Assembly (NCBI GenBank): GCA_029259115.1
Contig: JAPDJO010000034.1
Location: forward strand, 1 to 59,936
Origin: Thermoplasmatota archaeon
GTDB lineage: Archaea; Thermoplasmatota; E2; DHVEG-1; B18-G2
Direction: 5' to 3'
DNA: 59,936 nucleotides
The position numbers and the translations under genes were made by a program. Shown here in pieces: positions 9,551-19,832 of the stretch. The notes under the pieces are model-generated. The model worked only from the letters and a program-made list of their open reading frames with translations. It was not told where the DNA came from and searched no databases. The number at the start of each line of letters is the position of its first letter. Within the stretch, counting starts at the first letter, position 1.

Positions 9551-11686
9551 TCATAAAACCCTAGCTCCCTTTTCTACCTTTCTATCCAATTTGACCGGTC
9601 TATCCTTTATCATCAGAATCTTACCCTCATACACTACTCTGCCATTCTCGTCCACACTGATTTTTATCTTCCTGAACTCGTCTATATCCACGACATCCTT
9701 GGGTGAGTGCTCTACACCTTCGACTCTGACTATATCTCCTGGTTTGCCATCCGCCAGAAGTAAAGAAACATTTTTTCCATCATCCGCCGCAAGGAGCATA
9801 CCCTGAGATTCTATCCCCCTCAACTTCGCCGGCTTGAGATTTGCGACCATGATTATCTTCTTGCCTTTGATCTCTTCCTTGCTGTAGTGCTTCTTCAACC
9901 CCGCAACTATTGTTCGCTCTCCTTTTTCTCCAACATCCACCTTCAGAACGTAGAGTTTATCAGCATTTGGATGGTCTCTCACCTCAAGAACTTTTGCCAC
10001 TCTTATATCAAGGGATGAAAACGGGTCTTCTTCCTTCTCTGGCATAACCTCTTCAAGAGATAACTTCCTGAACAATGGCTCAGGTTTCTTTAACTCCATA
10101 CCCTCTTCTATATCGCTAAGCGCCTCATCCCACGAGTGGGAAAATATAGAATCGCGGTATCCAAGGTATTTCCACACCTTCTCGGATGAAAACGGCAGAA
10201 ATGGAGCGAGCATGATTGCAAGCGCCTTAACCAATCTCAAACAGATATGCATGGTGGTTGCGCATTTCTCTCTATCTGCCTTTATGCTCTCCCACGGTTT
10301 CTTATGGGCAAAGTATGCATTTCCCTTCTGGGCGAGAGATATTATCTCTCTCAGTGCTTTTTTGAAAGAGCATTTCTCAAGTTCTGCCCTCGCGGTTTTC
10401 ATTGTTCTCTCGATGGTATCCAGTAATTCTCTATCCATATCATCCAGCTCTTCAGCTGGCGGCACCCTGCCAAAGTTCTTCCATGAAAATGTAAGCACCC
10501 TGTGAACCAGATTACCGTATATTCCAACCAGCTCATCGTTGTTCTTGCTCACAAAATCATTCCATCTCCAGTTGCTGTCCCTCTGCTCAGGCATGTTTAC
10601 AGAAAGGTAATATCTAATGGGATCAACATCGAACCTTTTGAGGATATCAGGTATCCAGATTGCAAGACCCCTGCTCTTTGAAAACTGCTCTCCTTCCAAC
10701 CTGAGATATTCATTGGCGGGAACATCATAAGGTAGAGAGAGTTCTTCATCATACCCCATAAGAATGGATGGCCATATTATCGTGTGGAATGGTATGTTAT
10801 CCTTTGCGAGGAAGTAATAATGTTTTGCATCCCTGTTCTTCCACCACTCCTTCCATTTTTCAGGTTCTCCAGTTTTTTCAGCCCACTCCATGCTTGCTGA
10901 TAGATAACCTATGACCGCATCAAACCACACATAAATCCTTTTATCTTCGAATCCCTTGATTGGAACCTCAACCCCCCAGCTTATGTCTCTGGTTATCGCT
11001 CTATCCTTCAACCCTCTTTTAATCCAGTTCTCGGTGAATTTTTTAACATTCGATCTCCAGTGATGCTTATCCTTCATCCATTCCAGCAATTTATCTTCAA
11101 ATCTGCTGAGAGCAAAGAAAAGATGCTTTGTATTTTTCAGAACAGGTTCGTTTCCACAAATCTTACATTTTGGATTTATCAAATCCTTCGGATCAAGGAG
11201 CTTTCCACACTCATCGCACTGGTCTCCGCGTGCATGCTCATATCCGCAATAAGGACATGTCCCCTCTATGTATCTGTCTGGAAGAAACCTTTTACAGTTT
11301 TCACAGTAAAATGCTTCCGTCTCTTTCTCATAAATAAAGCCCTTCTCGTAGAGTTTTCTCACAACATCCTTAACAACATTCTTATGAAAATCTCCGGATG
11401 TTCTCGTGAAAAGGTCAAATGAGATTCCGAGTTGCTCCATATTCTCTTTATGCTCTTTATGAAATCTATCTGCTATCTCTTGCGGTGAGACTCCTTCTTT
11501 CTCTGCGGTAATCGTTATTGGAGTACCATGCTCATCGCTTCCTGAGACCATCAGAACGTCTTTTCCATTCATCCTGCAAAATCTTGCGAATATATCTGCT
11601 GGAAGGTAACAGCCTGCAAGATGACCAAGATGCAATGATCCATTTGCATATGGCCAGGCGACGCCGATGAATATCTTTTCCTTCAT
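9551..11686 (-). CDS. metG: Methionine--tRNA ligase
   Basis: PYANGSLHLGH, Zn knuckles, YVWFDA, QFSKS and a C-terminal tRNA-binding OB domain. Confidence 0.97.
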   Translation of the reverse strand: MKEKIFIGVAWPYANGSLHLGHLAGCYLPADIFARFCRMNGKDVLMVSGSDEHGTPITITAEKEGVSPQEIADRFHKEHKENMEQLGISFDLFTRTSGDFHKNVVKDVVRKLYEKGFIYEKETEAFYCENCKRFLPDRYIEGTCPYCGYEHARGDQCDECGKLLDPKDLINPKCKICGNEPVLKNTKHLFFALSRFEDKLLEWMKDKHHWRSNVKKFTENWIKRGLKDRAITRDISWGVEVPIKGFEDKRIYVWFDAVIGYLSASMEWAEKTGEPEKWKEWWKNRDAKHYYFLAKDNIPFHTIIWPSILMGYDEELSLPYDVPANEYLRLEGEQFSKSRGLAIWIPDILKRFDVDPIRYYLSVNMPEQRDSNWRWNDFVSKNNDELVGIYGNLVHRVLTFSWKNFGRVPPAEELDDMDRELLDTIERTMKTARAELEKCSFKKALREIISLAQKGNAYFAHKKPWESIKADREKCATTMHICLRLVKALAIMLAPFLPFSSEKVWKYLGYRDSIFSHSWDEALSDIEEGMELKKPEPLFRKLSLEEVMPEKEEDPFSSLDIRVAKVLEVRDHPNADKLYVLKVDVGEKGERTIVAGLKKHYSKEEIKGKKIIMVANLKPAKLRGIESQGMLLAADDGKNVSLLLADGKPGDIVRVEGVEHSPKDVVDIDEFRKIKISVDENGRVVYEGKILMIKDRPVKLDRKVEKGARVL

Positions 11687-11741
11687 TACCTAAAGCAAAT
11701 GAGATGATAAGTTTTAAATATTGCAGTTATTGTTCATGTTT

Positions 11742-11849
11742 GAAAATAGCACTTCATGAGGCTCACTCTGTCAGATTCAACCTCTTCACAAAATCATGCA
11801 TGCAAGATTAAAATCTGACAGGATATGGGCTTCTTGAAGTGCTATTTTC
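11742..11849 (+). ncRNA. Long hairpin RNA element, probably the dnaG 5-prime leader
   Basis: 15-bp perfect stem, 8-bp stem with two G-U pairs, and 10-bp perfect stem; lies between TATA-like TTTAAATA and the GGAGGTG SD. Confidence 0.65.
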
Positions 11850-11863
11850 GGAGGTGAGAGCAT

Positions 11864-13063
11864 ATGGTAATGGATCCATCAACAACTAAGTACATGATTA
11901 GGGCTCATATAAAGGCTGAAGGTGTGGTTGAAAAACCTGATGTTATAGGTGCTATATTTGGTCAAACAGAAGGACTGCTCGGGGAAGAGTTAGACCTCAG
12001 AGATCTTCAGAAATCAGCCAGAGTGGGTAGGATAGAGGTTGAGATAGAACAGAAGAATGGTAAGAGCGAGGGAACAATCCTCCTTCCAACATCTCTGGAT
12101 AAAGTAGAAACAGCAATACTTGCTGCAGCTCTTGAAAGTGTAGATAGAGTCGGCCCATGCAAGGCGAAGATAACTATAGAGAAGATAGAGGATGTCAGGG
12201 TTGCGAAGAGAAAGAGGGTTATAGAGAGAGCTAAAGAGCTTTTAGCTCAGATAATCGAGGAGAGCAGAGAAGAAGGAGAGAGCATATCTGAGAGCGTACG
12301 CCAGGCGGTGCAGGCAGAGGAGATAATAGCCTATGGTCCAGATAGATGCCCTGCTGGTCCAGATATTGACAAGAGCGATTCTATAATCGTTGTAGAAGGT
12401 AGAAGGGATGTGCTGAATCTGCTTAAGCATGGAATAAGAAATGCCATTGCTGTTGAAGGTACGAGCATACCAAAAACCATCATAGATCTCTCCAAGGAGA
12501 AGATAACGACAGCTTTTGTTGATGGTGATAGGGGTGGTGAGCTGATCTTGAGAGAGTTACTGCAGGTAGCTGAAATAGATTTCGTAGCCAGAGCTCCTCC
12601 AACTAGAGAAGTTGAGGAACTTCCATACAAGCTGATAATGAAGGCCTTAAAGAACAAGATACCAGCAGAACAGTATGCTGAGATGTACAACATAGAGATA
12701 AAAAGAAAGGAGAAACCTGAGGAAGAAATCAAGGAAGAAAGGAGGGAGGAGAGAGAAGAAAAGATGATTCTCTCAGATGAACAGAAGAGATATAGAGAGA
12801 TACTAGATGAGATAACAGGAACCTTGAAAGCCGTTCTCTTGGACAAGGATGGTAAGGAAATAAAGAAGATACCGGTTAGAGAGTTAACAGACGAGTTGAA
12901 GAAAACAAACAACATTAAAGTGGTGGTCTTTGATGGTGTGGTTACACAGAGACTTCTCGATATAGCAAGTGATAGAGGAGTAGGTGTAGTTGTTGGAATA
13001 AAGATGGGAAATGTGATAAAGAAGCCAACATCTGTAAAAGTTCTGACCAGAGACCACTTCTGA
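11864..13063 (+). CDS. dnaG: Archaeal DnaG (primase-like, exosome-associated)
   Basis: KPDVIGAIFGQTEGLLG; TOPRIM VVEGRRD and FVDGDRGG. Confidence 0.96.
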   Translation: MVMDPSTTKYMIRAHIKAEGVVEKPDVIGAIFGQTEGLLGEELDLRDLQKSARVGRIEVEIEQKNGKSEGTILLPTSLDKVETAILAAALESVDRVGPCKAKITIEKIEDVRVAKRKRVIERAKELLAQIIEESREEGESISESVRQAVQAEEIIAYGPDRCPAGPDIDKSDSIIVVEGRRDVLNLLKHGIRNAIAVEGTSIPKTIIDLSKEKITTAFVDGDRGGELILRELLQVAEIDFVARAPPTREVEELPYKLIMKALKNKIPAEQYAEMYNIEIKRKEKPEEEIKEERREEREEKMILSDEQKRYREILDEITGTLKAVLLDKDGKEIKKIPVRELTDELKKTNNIKVVVFDGVVTQRLLDIASDRGVGVVVGIKMGNVIKKPTSVKVLTRDHF

Positions 13064-13190
13064 GTAAGCAGTAATTCATTTAACCATCTCTTCCATCATT
13101 ATTCTGTGATATTTTTATCTAGGAAATAGATAGACGACGAAAATTTATTAAAATGAATTGTAATAATCCCCAAAAGCCAAGGGGATAGTC

Positions 13191-13469
13191 ATGCAGAAAG
13201 AGGAACTGATACAACTACACACGCTTATGGTACAGTTAAAATCCTATTTTGAGAAGACCTGTGGAAACGATGGTAAACCATTCAAAGAGTATGAGGAATT
13301 GAATGTTACACCCTGCCACATCTACAAATCAAAAAGGGAACATACACTTGCGGTATTCACTCTTGGAAAGGGGATTGCAGAGCTTCTCTCCCAAAAAGGT
13401 TATCCAGGATTTGATAAGCTTTCAGCAAGACTTGAGCAGATGGCAGACAGATTCAGGAAAAAGAAATAG
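13191..13469 (+). CDS. UPF0058 family protein
   Basis: MQKEELIQLHTL...PCHIYKSKREHTLAVFTLG signature. Confidence 0.85.
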   Translation: MQKEELIQLHTLMVQLKSYFEKTCGNDGKPFKEYEELNVTPCHIYKSKREHTLAVFTLGKGIAELLSQKGYPGFDKLSARLEQMADRFRKKK

Positions 13470-13907
13470 TTAGAGAGATTTCACCATTATGTATGCATCC
13501 TCTCCATCTTCATAATAGCCACTTATTTTTTCCTTCTTTTTGAAGCCTCTCTTTTCATAGAATTTTATAGCATCCGAATTTGATACTCTAACCTCCAATT
13601 CAACTTCGTTTACACCTTTTAGCGAGAATATTAAGAGTAATCTCTTCAGAAGTTTCGAACCTATGCCTTTGTTTCTGTAATCTTTATCCACTCCTATCAG
13701 AATTATCTTCCCTTTTTCCTCGTAAGTTATTGTCCCTACTGCAAATCCGATAAATTTTCTATCCTCTACAGCTACGATAAAACCATCAGGAAAGACTTCA
13801 TAAAGATTCAGGAAGAGATTTGGATTTGCTCTGTCGGGAAATATCTTGTAGAGAATATTCATAAAGTCCATAAATTCCCAATTCTTAAGTTTTCTTATCT
13901 CAACCAC
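13470..13907 (-). CDS. rimI: RimI-like GNAT N-acetyltransferase
   Basis: YRNKGIGSKLL, LEVRVSN, AIKFYEKRGF, YYEDGEDAYIM. Confidence 0.85.
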   Translation of the reverse strand: MVEIRKLKNWEFMDFMNILYKIFPDRANPNLFLNLYEVFPDGFIVAVEDRKFIGFAVGTITYEEKGKIILIGVDKDYRNKGIGSKLLKRLLLIFSLKGVNEVELEVRVSNSDAIKFYEKRGFKKKEKISGYYEDGEDAYIMVKSL

Positions 13908-13983
13908 GCTTAAAAGATTTGAAACTCACTCAAAAATTTGGCGGTATATTTAAGAATAGATTGCTATTTCTCTCGGGGTTATT

Positions 13984-14757
13984 ATGAGAATAGACGAGAT
14001 CAAGATAACCAGGAAAATAATCTCTAGGTTCTTCAGAGATTTTGACGAATTTTTGGATGTGGATGTAGCTATAGCAGGCGCAGGTCCAGCTGGAATGACA
14101 GCTGCTAGGTATCTGGCAAAAGCTGGAAAGAAAGTAGTGGTCTTTGAGAGAAAGCTTTCTCCTGGAGGAGGTATGTGGGGAGGGGGAATGACCTTTCCTG
14201 TTGTTATAGTCCAAGAAGAATCCAAGAAACTGCTCGAAGAGATTGGAGTAAGGCTCACTGATGAAGGAGAAGGATATTACAGTGCAGATTCCTTAGAAAC
14301 AACATCAAAGCTATGCTCTTCTGCAATAGAGACTGGAGCAAAGATGTTCAATGCTATCTCTGTTGAGGATGTTATGATCAGAGATGAGAGAGTTAGCGGA
14401 TTCGTGATAAACTGGAGCGCTGTAGAGATAGCTGGCCTGCATGTTGACCCCTTAACCATAAAGGCTAGGTATTGTGTAGATGCAACAGGACATGCTGCCG
14501 AGATCTGTAGGATAGTCGAGAGAAAGGTCGGTAAACTTAGTACACCCAGCGGTAAAGTTGAAGAAGAGAGATCAATGTGCGCTGAACTTGGGGAGCAGAC
14601 GGTAGTAGAGAACACAAAAGAAGTATATCCTGGCCTCATTGTTGCAGGGATGGCTGCTAATGCAGTATTTGGTGCTCCAAGAATGGGACCCATATTCGGA
14701 GGTATGTTACTCTCTGGAAAAAGGGCAGCTGAGCTGATATTGGAAAAAATCGGTTAA
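13984..14757 (+). CDS. thi4: Sulfide-dependent thiazole synthase (Thi4)
   Basis: GAGPAG, GGGMWGGG, GLHVDP (His, non-Cys type), DATGH, PRMGPIFGGM. Confidence 0.93.
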   Translation: MRIDEIKITRKIISRFFRDFDEFLDVDVAIAGAGPAGMTAARYLAKAGKKVVVFERKLSPGGGMWGGGMTFPVVIVQEESKKLLEEIGVRLTDEGEGYYSADSLETTSKLCSSAIETGAKMFNAISVEDVMIRDERVSGFVINWSAVEIAGLHVDPLTIKARYCVDATGHAAEICRIVERKVGKLSTPSGKVEEERSMCAELGEQTVVENTKEVYPGLIVAGMAANAVFGAPRMGPIFGGMLLSGKRAAELILEKIG

Positions 14758-14796
14758 CTTTAATACCTTTGTTCTGATTCGATGGAGGTGATCTAG

Positions 14797-15969
14797 ATGG
14801 TGGGAGGGACAAAATTACCTAAATATGCATGGGTAGTCGCGATAGTATTTTGGTTCTTAATATTCTCGTATGGAGCGAATTGGTTCGCTGTGGCACCACT
14901 GCTTAAAGATTTAGAGTCCATGTATGGTATAGGAGGGGCAGAGTCCCATCTACTGTTATCTATAATAGGCTTATTCGTCGTATTCTTTGCATGGCCTGCT
15001 GGAAGGATTGTAGATAATAAAGGACCTCGCGTATCAGTTTTGATAGGTTCTTTATTCATGGTTCTTGGGTTTGCTGGCAGGATATGGCTCAACAAGAGCT
15101 ACCTTGAAATACTGTTTGCAACTTCTATTGCAGGCGTAGGACTGGCTTGGCTCCTTGTCGCTCTTGCTCCTCAGATGATCCAATGGTTTAAAGAAAAAGC
15201 ATCACTTGCTATAGGAATAGTAAGTTCAGGATTATTTATAGGATTCGGGACAGCATCTTTGTTATCACCGTATATAAGAGAGATGTATGGTATAGATGCG
15301 GTATACATGACCTTTGCGTCTCTGGCCGTGATCTCATTTGTGCTATATCTTGCAATTGGTAAGGATAGAGAAGTGGTAAAAAAGGAGAGTGTCAAAATCA
15401 GTGAAGCCTTCAAGGGCATATTCTCGTCAAAGAATGCCATTTTATATTCTTTGATAGGTTTCTTTATAGTTGGGTCTACCCTTTCAGCGTCAGCACTATT
15501 ACCAAAGATAGTGATAGGCTCGGGAATGAGTGAGATAGAAGGAGGGAACATAATAAGTGCGATGCTCTTTGGCTCAGCTCTCGGTGCGTTTGTATTCCCA
15601 TATGTTGCTAGTAGATATGGAATAAAGAAAACATCTCTTTCCGTTGCCATCCTTTCAACTCTCTTCTGGTTAGCATTCTACTTTAGTTCATCGTTCTTTA
15701 TCTACCTTGCAATAGCATTCATATTCGGTATATTCCTACAAGCTAGCTGGCCCATTGCCTTGCATTGCCAGGAAACAGAAAAAGGGGTTGATGAGAGAAA
15801 CGTTGGTATAGCTGCAAGCTTGTACATCTCTGTTAGCAATGTTGGAGGAGCCATACTTCCTGTATTGATTGGAAAAGTTGCAGACACCTCTCTGCAAAGT
15901 GCCTTTCTGCTCCTGCTTGGCTACCTTGTAATATTCATGTTGCTATGGGGAGCAGTTAAAAGAAAATAA
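14797..15969 (+). CDS. MFS transporter
   Basis: About 12 hydrophobic segments; motif A-like GRIVDNKGPR. Confidence 0.88.
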   Translation: MVGGTKLPKYAWVVAIVFWFLIFSYGANWFAVAPLLKDLESMYGIGGAESHLLLSIIGLFVVFFAWPAGRIVDNKGPRVSVLIGSLFMVLGFAGRIWLNKSYLEILFATSIAGVGLAWLLVALAPQMIQWFKEKASLAIGIVSSGLFIGFGTASLLSPYIREMYGIDAVYMTFASLAVISFVLYLAIGKDREVVKKESVKISEAFKGIFSSKNAILYSLIGFFIVGSTLSASALLPKIVIGSGMSEIEGGNIISAMLFGSALGAFVFPYVASRYGIKKTSLSVAILSTLFWLAFYFSSSFFIYLAIAFIFGIFLQASWPIALHCQETEKGVDERNVGIAASLYISVSNVGGAILPVLIGKVADTSLQSAFLLLLGYLVIFMLLWGAVKRK

Positions 15970-17262
15970 TCACCTCTCTATTATCCTCTTTGCCTTCCCT
16001 GTACTCCTCGGTATGGTCTTTGGAGGTAATACCCTGACAGGTATCTTCAGGTTGAGTATGCTGTATATCTCCTCTTCAACCTTATTTTCAAGTTCTTCTA
16101 AGTTTCCTTCCTTATATCTCTCCTCAGTAGCTTCTACTTCCACACTGAGGGAAGTAATTGCACCCTTTTTCTCCTTAACTAACTGGTAGTTTTCACTCAC
16201 TCCAGGTACTTTCAGTAGCGCAGCTTCTATCTGGCTTGGAAAGACTATCACTCCTTTAATCTTCATCATATCATCGCTTCTTCCCTTTATCCTAGACTGT
16301 ATAGGTAATGTTCTTCCACACTCACAGGGATCTTCGTAGTATATTGCTAGATCTCTAGTTCTGAACCTTATAGCAGGAAAAGCTTCCTTGGTTAATGTTG
16401 TGAATACCAGCTCTCCTTCCTCGCCAGGCTCAAGCTGTTCACCAGTTTCGGGATCTATTACCTCTGGTAGGAAGTGATCTGCATTGATGTGGAGCTTCTT
16501 CTCTTTGCACTCTGATACAACTCCAGGACCTATTATCTCTGTTAAACCATAATGCTCATGCGCCACTATCCCCCATCTTTCTTCTATGCCCTTTCTCATC
16601 TCATCGCTCCATGCTTCTGCCCCAAACAACCCTATTCTCAGATTGAAATCTTCTTTTGGATCGAAACCCATTTCTTCTGCTACCTCAGCCATGTAAAGAG
16701 AGTATGAAGGAGTACAAGCTAAAGCTGTTGAACCTAAATCTTTCATTAATGTTATCTGTCTCTTTGTGTTTCCAGAGCTTATTGGAATGACCATCGCCCC
16801 TATCTTTTGAGCTCCTTTTTCAAAGCCGTGTGCTCCTGTAAATAAACCGTAACCATAGGCATTTTGTAAGATATCGTTTTTCCTTAGACCGTTTGCCCAT
16901 AGAGATCTTGCCATCACCTCAGCCCAAATCTCAAGATCGTTTCTTGTATATGCTCCAACAACAGGCTTACCAGTTGTTCCAGAGGATGCGTGAATCTCTA
17001 CAATATCATCTATCTGAACACAGATTAGTCCAAATGGATAGTAATCTCTAAGATCCTGCTTTGTTAAAAATGGCAACTTTTTGATATCATCAAGGGTTTT
17101 GATATCATCTGGCTTTACATTGTTTTCTTTGAATCTCTGGTGATAAAATCTGTTGTTCTCGTACGCATGCTTTACAACCCATTTTAATCTCTTCAATTGT
17201 AACTCCTTTAACTCCTTCAAAGGCATCGTCTCCATCTTTGAATCCCAATACTCCTCTTTCAT
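15970..17262 (-). CDS. paaK: Phenylacetate--CoA ligase family
   Basis: HASSGTTGKP, YGYGLFTG, YGLTE, GRSDDM, GKAKR. Confidence 0.9.
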   Translation of the reverse strand: MKEEYWDSKMETMPLKELKELQLKRLKWVVKHAYENNRFYHQRFKENNVKPDDIKTLDDIKKLPFLTKQDLRDYYPFGLICVQIDDIVEIHASSGTTGKPVVGAYTRNDLEIWAEVMARSLWANGLRKNDILQNAYGYGLFTGAHGFEKGAQKIGAMVIPISSGNTKRQITLMKDLGSTALACTPSYSLYMAEVAEEMGFDPKEDFNLRIGLFGAEAWSDEMRKGIEERWGIVAHEHYGLTEIIGPGVVSECKEKKLHINADHFLPEVIDPETGEQLEPGEEGELVFTTLTKEAFPAIRFRTRDLAIYYEDPCECGRTLPIQSRIKGRSDDMMKIKGVIVFPSQIEAALLKVPGVSENYQLVKEKKGAITSLSVEVEATEERYKEGNLEELENKVEEEIYSILNLKIPVRVLPPKTIPRSTGKAKRIIER

Positions 17263-17383
17263 GATGGATACCTCCCCATACCCTGAAAAAGATGAGGATA
17301 TTAAAGGTTTGGGAAATGATCCTAAATCGCATAAGTTATGTAATTTAATAATATTGGAGGGAATTTTGCTCGGCTAGGAATGC

Positions 17384-17968
17384 TTAATTATGGCAGAGCC
17401 GTGTGAAACATCTTATTCCTTTACAGGTTGGTCCTGAACATGTTGGTACTGTATAACATGATACTTTAGGTCCTATTAGGGGTCTTTCATTATTTTGATC
17501 ACTGGCTGGATGCGTGTTGCAACGATGACAGGTATAATAGAATGTTCGACAGAGCGCCCCCCATCTGCAAGTGTACGAGCATGTAATAATATTGCGAGTC
17601 ATTCTTTTAGGTAACAAGAGGTATATTTCATCACTATCTTGACCGCAAACCGGATATACAGTATGGCAATCTGCTGTTAGACATTTTGCTAAAGGACATG
17701 TTATGGGGGCACCTGTTTTCATCCACATATGAATCCTATTTGGATCTCCTGTTTCGAGGAATATTTTAATCAATGATAGTATTGTAATCCTATCTTTCAA
17801 GAATTTAGTTCCGATATTCTTCTCTCTATTCAGAGCCTTTGCAGCGCAGACCTTGTATAGAGGAGAATATCCATTTCCTTCCTGATTCTTTTCAAATGCT
17901 ACGGCAATCATCGAAGTGGTCACAATAGCAAATAAAAGTAAACCAAGCACAAGGTTCTTTCTATTCAT
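17384..17968 (-). CDS. Cys-rich secreted hypothetical protein
   Basis: Signal peptide followed by three Cys/Thr-rich cassettes. Confidence 0.7.
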   Translation of the reverse strand: MNRKNLVLGLLLFAIVTTSMIAVAFEKNQEGNGYSPLYKVCAAKALNREKNIGTKFLKDRITILSLIKIFLETGDPNRIHMWMKTGAPITCPLAKCLTADCHTVYPVCGQDSDEIYLLLPKRMTRNIITCSYTCRWGALCRTFYYTCHRCNTHPASDQNNERPLIGPKVSCYTVPTCSGPTCKGIRCFTRLCHN

Positions 17969-18055
17969 ATATAGTTATTAATAATTCTCAATCTTATAAA
18001 TTTTATCTCCATAAACCTAAAATACCGAATCACATTTCCAGGCAAAGGCGATATT

Positions 18056-19828
18056 ATGGATTCAGAAAGATCTTCTTACATAAGACAGCCTATAGTCAGC
18101 GTTCTTGGTCATGTAGATCACGGAAAAACAACCTTATTAGACTATATAAGAGGCTCTACTGTAGCTCTGAGAGAAGCTGGGGCAATAACTCAGCACATAG
18201 GGGCTACAGAAGTACCTATAGACGTTATAAAAGAACTATGTGGGGATCTCTTAAAAGGCAAAGATTTTACACTTCCCGGCCTGCTTTTTATAGATACTCC
18301 AGGACATCATGCATTCACAACATTAAGAAAGAGAGGCGGATCCATAGCTGATCTGGCCATACTCATAGTTGATATAAATGAAGGTTTTAAACCCCAGACA
18401 TACGAGTCTCTTATGATACTGAAGCAGTACAAAACCCCTTTTATAGTGGCTGTAAACAAGATAGATTCTATAACGGGCTGGCGCAAGGAGGAAGGCATAC
18501 TTCCAGAGAGATTAAAGAAACAAAATGATCTGGCCAGATCAATCTTTGAGGAAAAGATCTATGAGATCATAGGTACTCTTTCTGAGCACGGCTTTAGCTC
18601 CGATCTTTATACGAATATCAGGGATTTTAGCAGGAATGTAGCTATAATACCTATATCAGCTAAAACAGGCGAAGGCGTTCCAGAGCTTTTGATGGTTCTT
18701 GTTGGCTTGGCTCAAAGATTTTTGGAAAAACATCTCACCATAGAAAAGGGGCCTGCAAAAGGCACAGTTCTAGAAGTTAAGGAAGAGAGAGGGCTTGGAA
18801 CGACTATAGACGTGATAATATACAGTGGAACCTTAAGATCTACAGATACTATTGCTGTTGGAACCAGAGAAGAACCTGTAATAACCAAGATAAAGGCTTT
18901 GCTCAAGCCAAGACCCTTAGATGAGATAAGGGACCCAAGGGAGAAATTCGAGAGCGTTAAGGAAGTGCATGCCGCCTGCGGAATCAAGATATCTGCTCCA
19001 GATCTTGAGGATGTGATTCCTGGATCTCCGCTGAGAGTTGTTACTCAAGAAAATAAAGATGAGGTGATCAAGGAGATAAAAGAGCAGACAGAGCTTCACA
19101 TAGATCTCGATGATGAGGGTGCTGTTGTCAAGGCTGATACCATAGGATCTCTAGAAGCCATAGTCAAGGAGGCAAAGAGCAGAAATATAAAGATCAGGAA
19201 GGCGGAGGTAGGAAATGTATCAAAAAGAGATATCGTAGATGCTTCTGCAACCAATGATCCTCTCCAGCGAGTTGTTCTTGCCTTCAATGTCAAGATTCTT
19301 CCAGAAGCTGAGGAAGAAATAAGGAATCAGGATGTCATGGTAATTAAAGAAGATGTGATCTATACTCTGATGGAAAGATATGAAGAGTGGGTTTACAAGA
19401 AGAGAGAGGAAATAGAGAGAGCGAAGAAGGAAGCTATACCCAGACCTGGGATGATAAAGTTCCTTCCTGAGTATGTTTTTAGAGTAAGTAAACCAGCTAT
19501 TATAGGTGTGAGGGTTCTCGCTGGGAGAATTAAGCCTGGGATGAAGTTGATGAAGGATGATGGCAGGGTTATAGGAACAATAAAGAGTATTCAGTCTGAG
19601 AAAAGAAGTCTAGATGAGGCTATCCAAGGGCAGGAGGTTGCTGTCTCAATAGAGGGTCCCACTGTTGGTAGGCAGATAAAAGGAGGAGATATACTGTACA
19701 CTGATCTACCAGAGGGAGTGGTCAAAAAACTCAAGGAAATAGGAGACCTTACCTATGATGAAAAGGAGGTTTTGGATAAGATTATAGAGATAAAGAGGAA
19801 AACGGTTGATAGATTCTGGGGGTTATAA
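18056..19828 (+). CDS. infB: Translation initiation factor IF-2 (aIF5B)
   Basis: GHVDHGKT, GAITQHIGA, DTPGH, NKID. No intein seen. Confidence 0.97.
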   Translation: MDSERSSYIRQPIVSVLGHVDHGKTTLLDYIRGSTVALREAGAITQHIGATEVPIDVIKELCGDLLKGKDFTLPGLLFIDTPGHHAFTTLRKRGGSIADLAILIVDINEGFKPQTYESLMILKQYKTPFIVAVNKIDSITGWRKEEGILPERLKKQNDLARSIFEEKIYEIIGTLSEHGFSSDLYTNIRDFSRNVAIIPISAKTGEGVPELLMVLVGLAQRFLEKHLTIEKGPAKGTVLEVKEERGLGTTIDVIIYSGTLRSTDTIAVGTREEPVITKIKALLKPRPLDEIRDPREKFESVKEVHAACGIKISAPDLEDVIPGSPLRVVTQENKDEVIKEIKEQTELHIDLDDEGAVVKADTIGSLEAIVKEAKSRNIKIRKAEVGNVSKRDIVDASATNDPLQRVVLAFNVKILPEAEEEIRNQDVMVIKEDVIYTLMERYEEWVYKKREEIERAKKEAIPRPGMIKFLPEYVFRVSKPAIIGVRVLAGRIKPGMKLMKDDGRVIGTIKSIQSEKRSLDEAIQGQEVAVSIEGPTVGRQIKGGDILYTDLPEGVVKKLKEIGDLTYDEKEVLDKIIEIKRKTVDRFWGL

Positions 19829-19832
19829 TAAA

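Noticed and set aside
17384-17968. Multiheme cytochrome interpretation of the Cys-rich protein
   Set aside because: No CxxCH motif; the closest is CHRCN.
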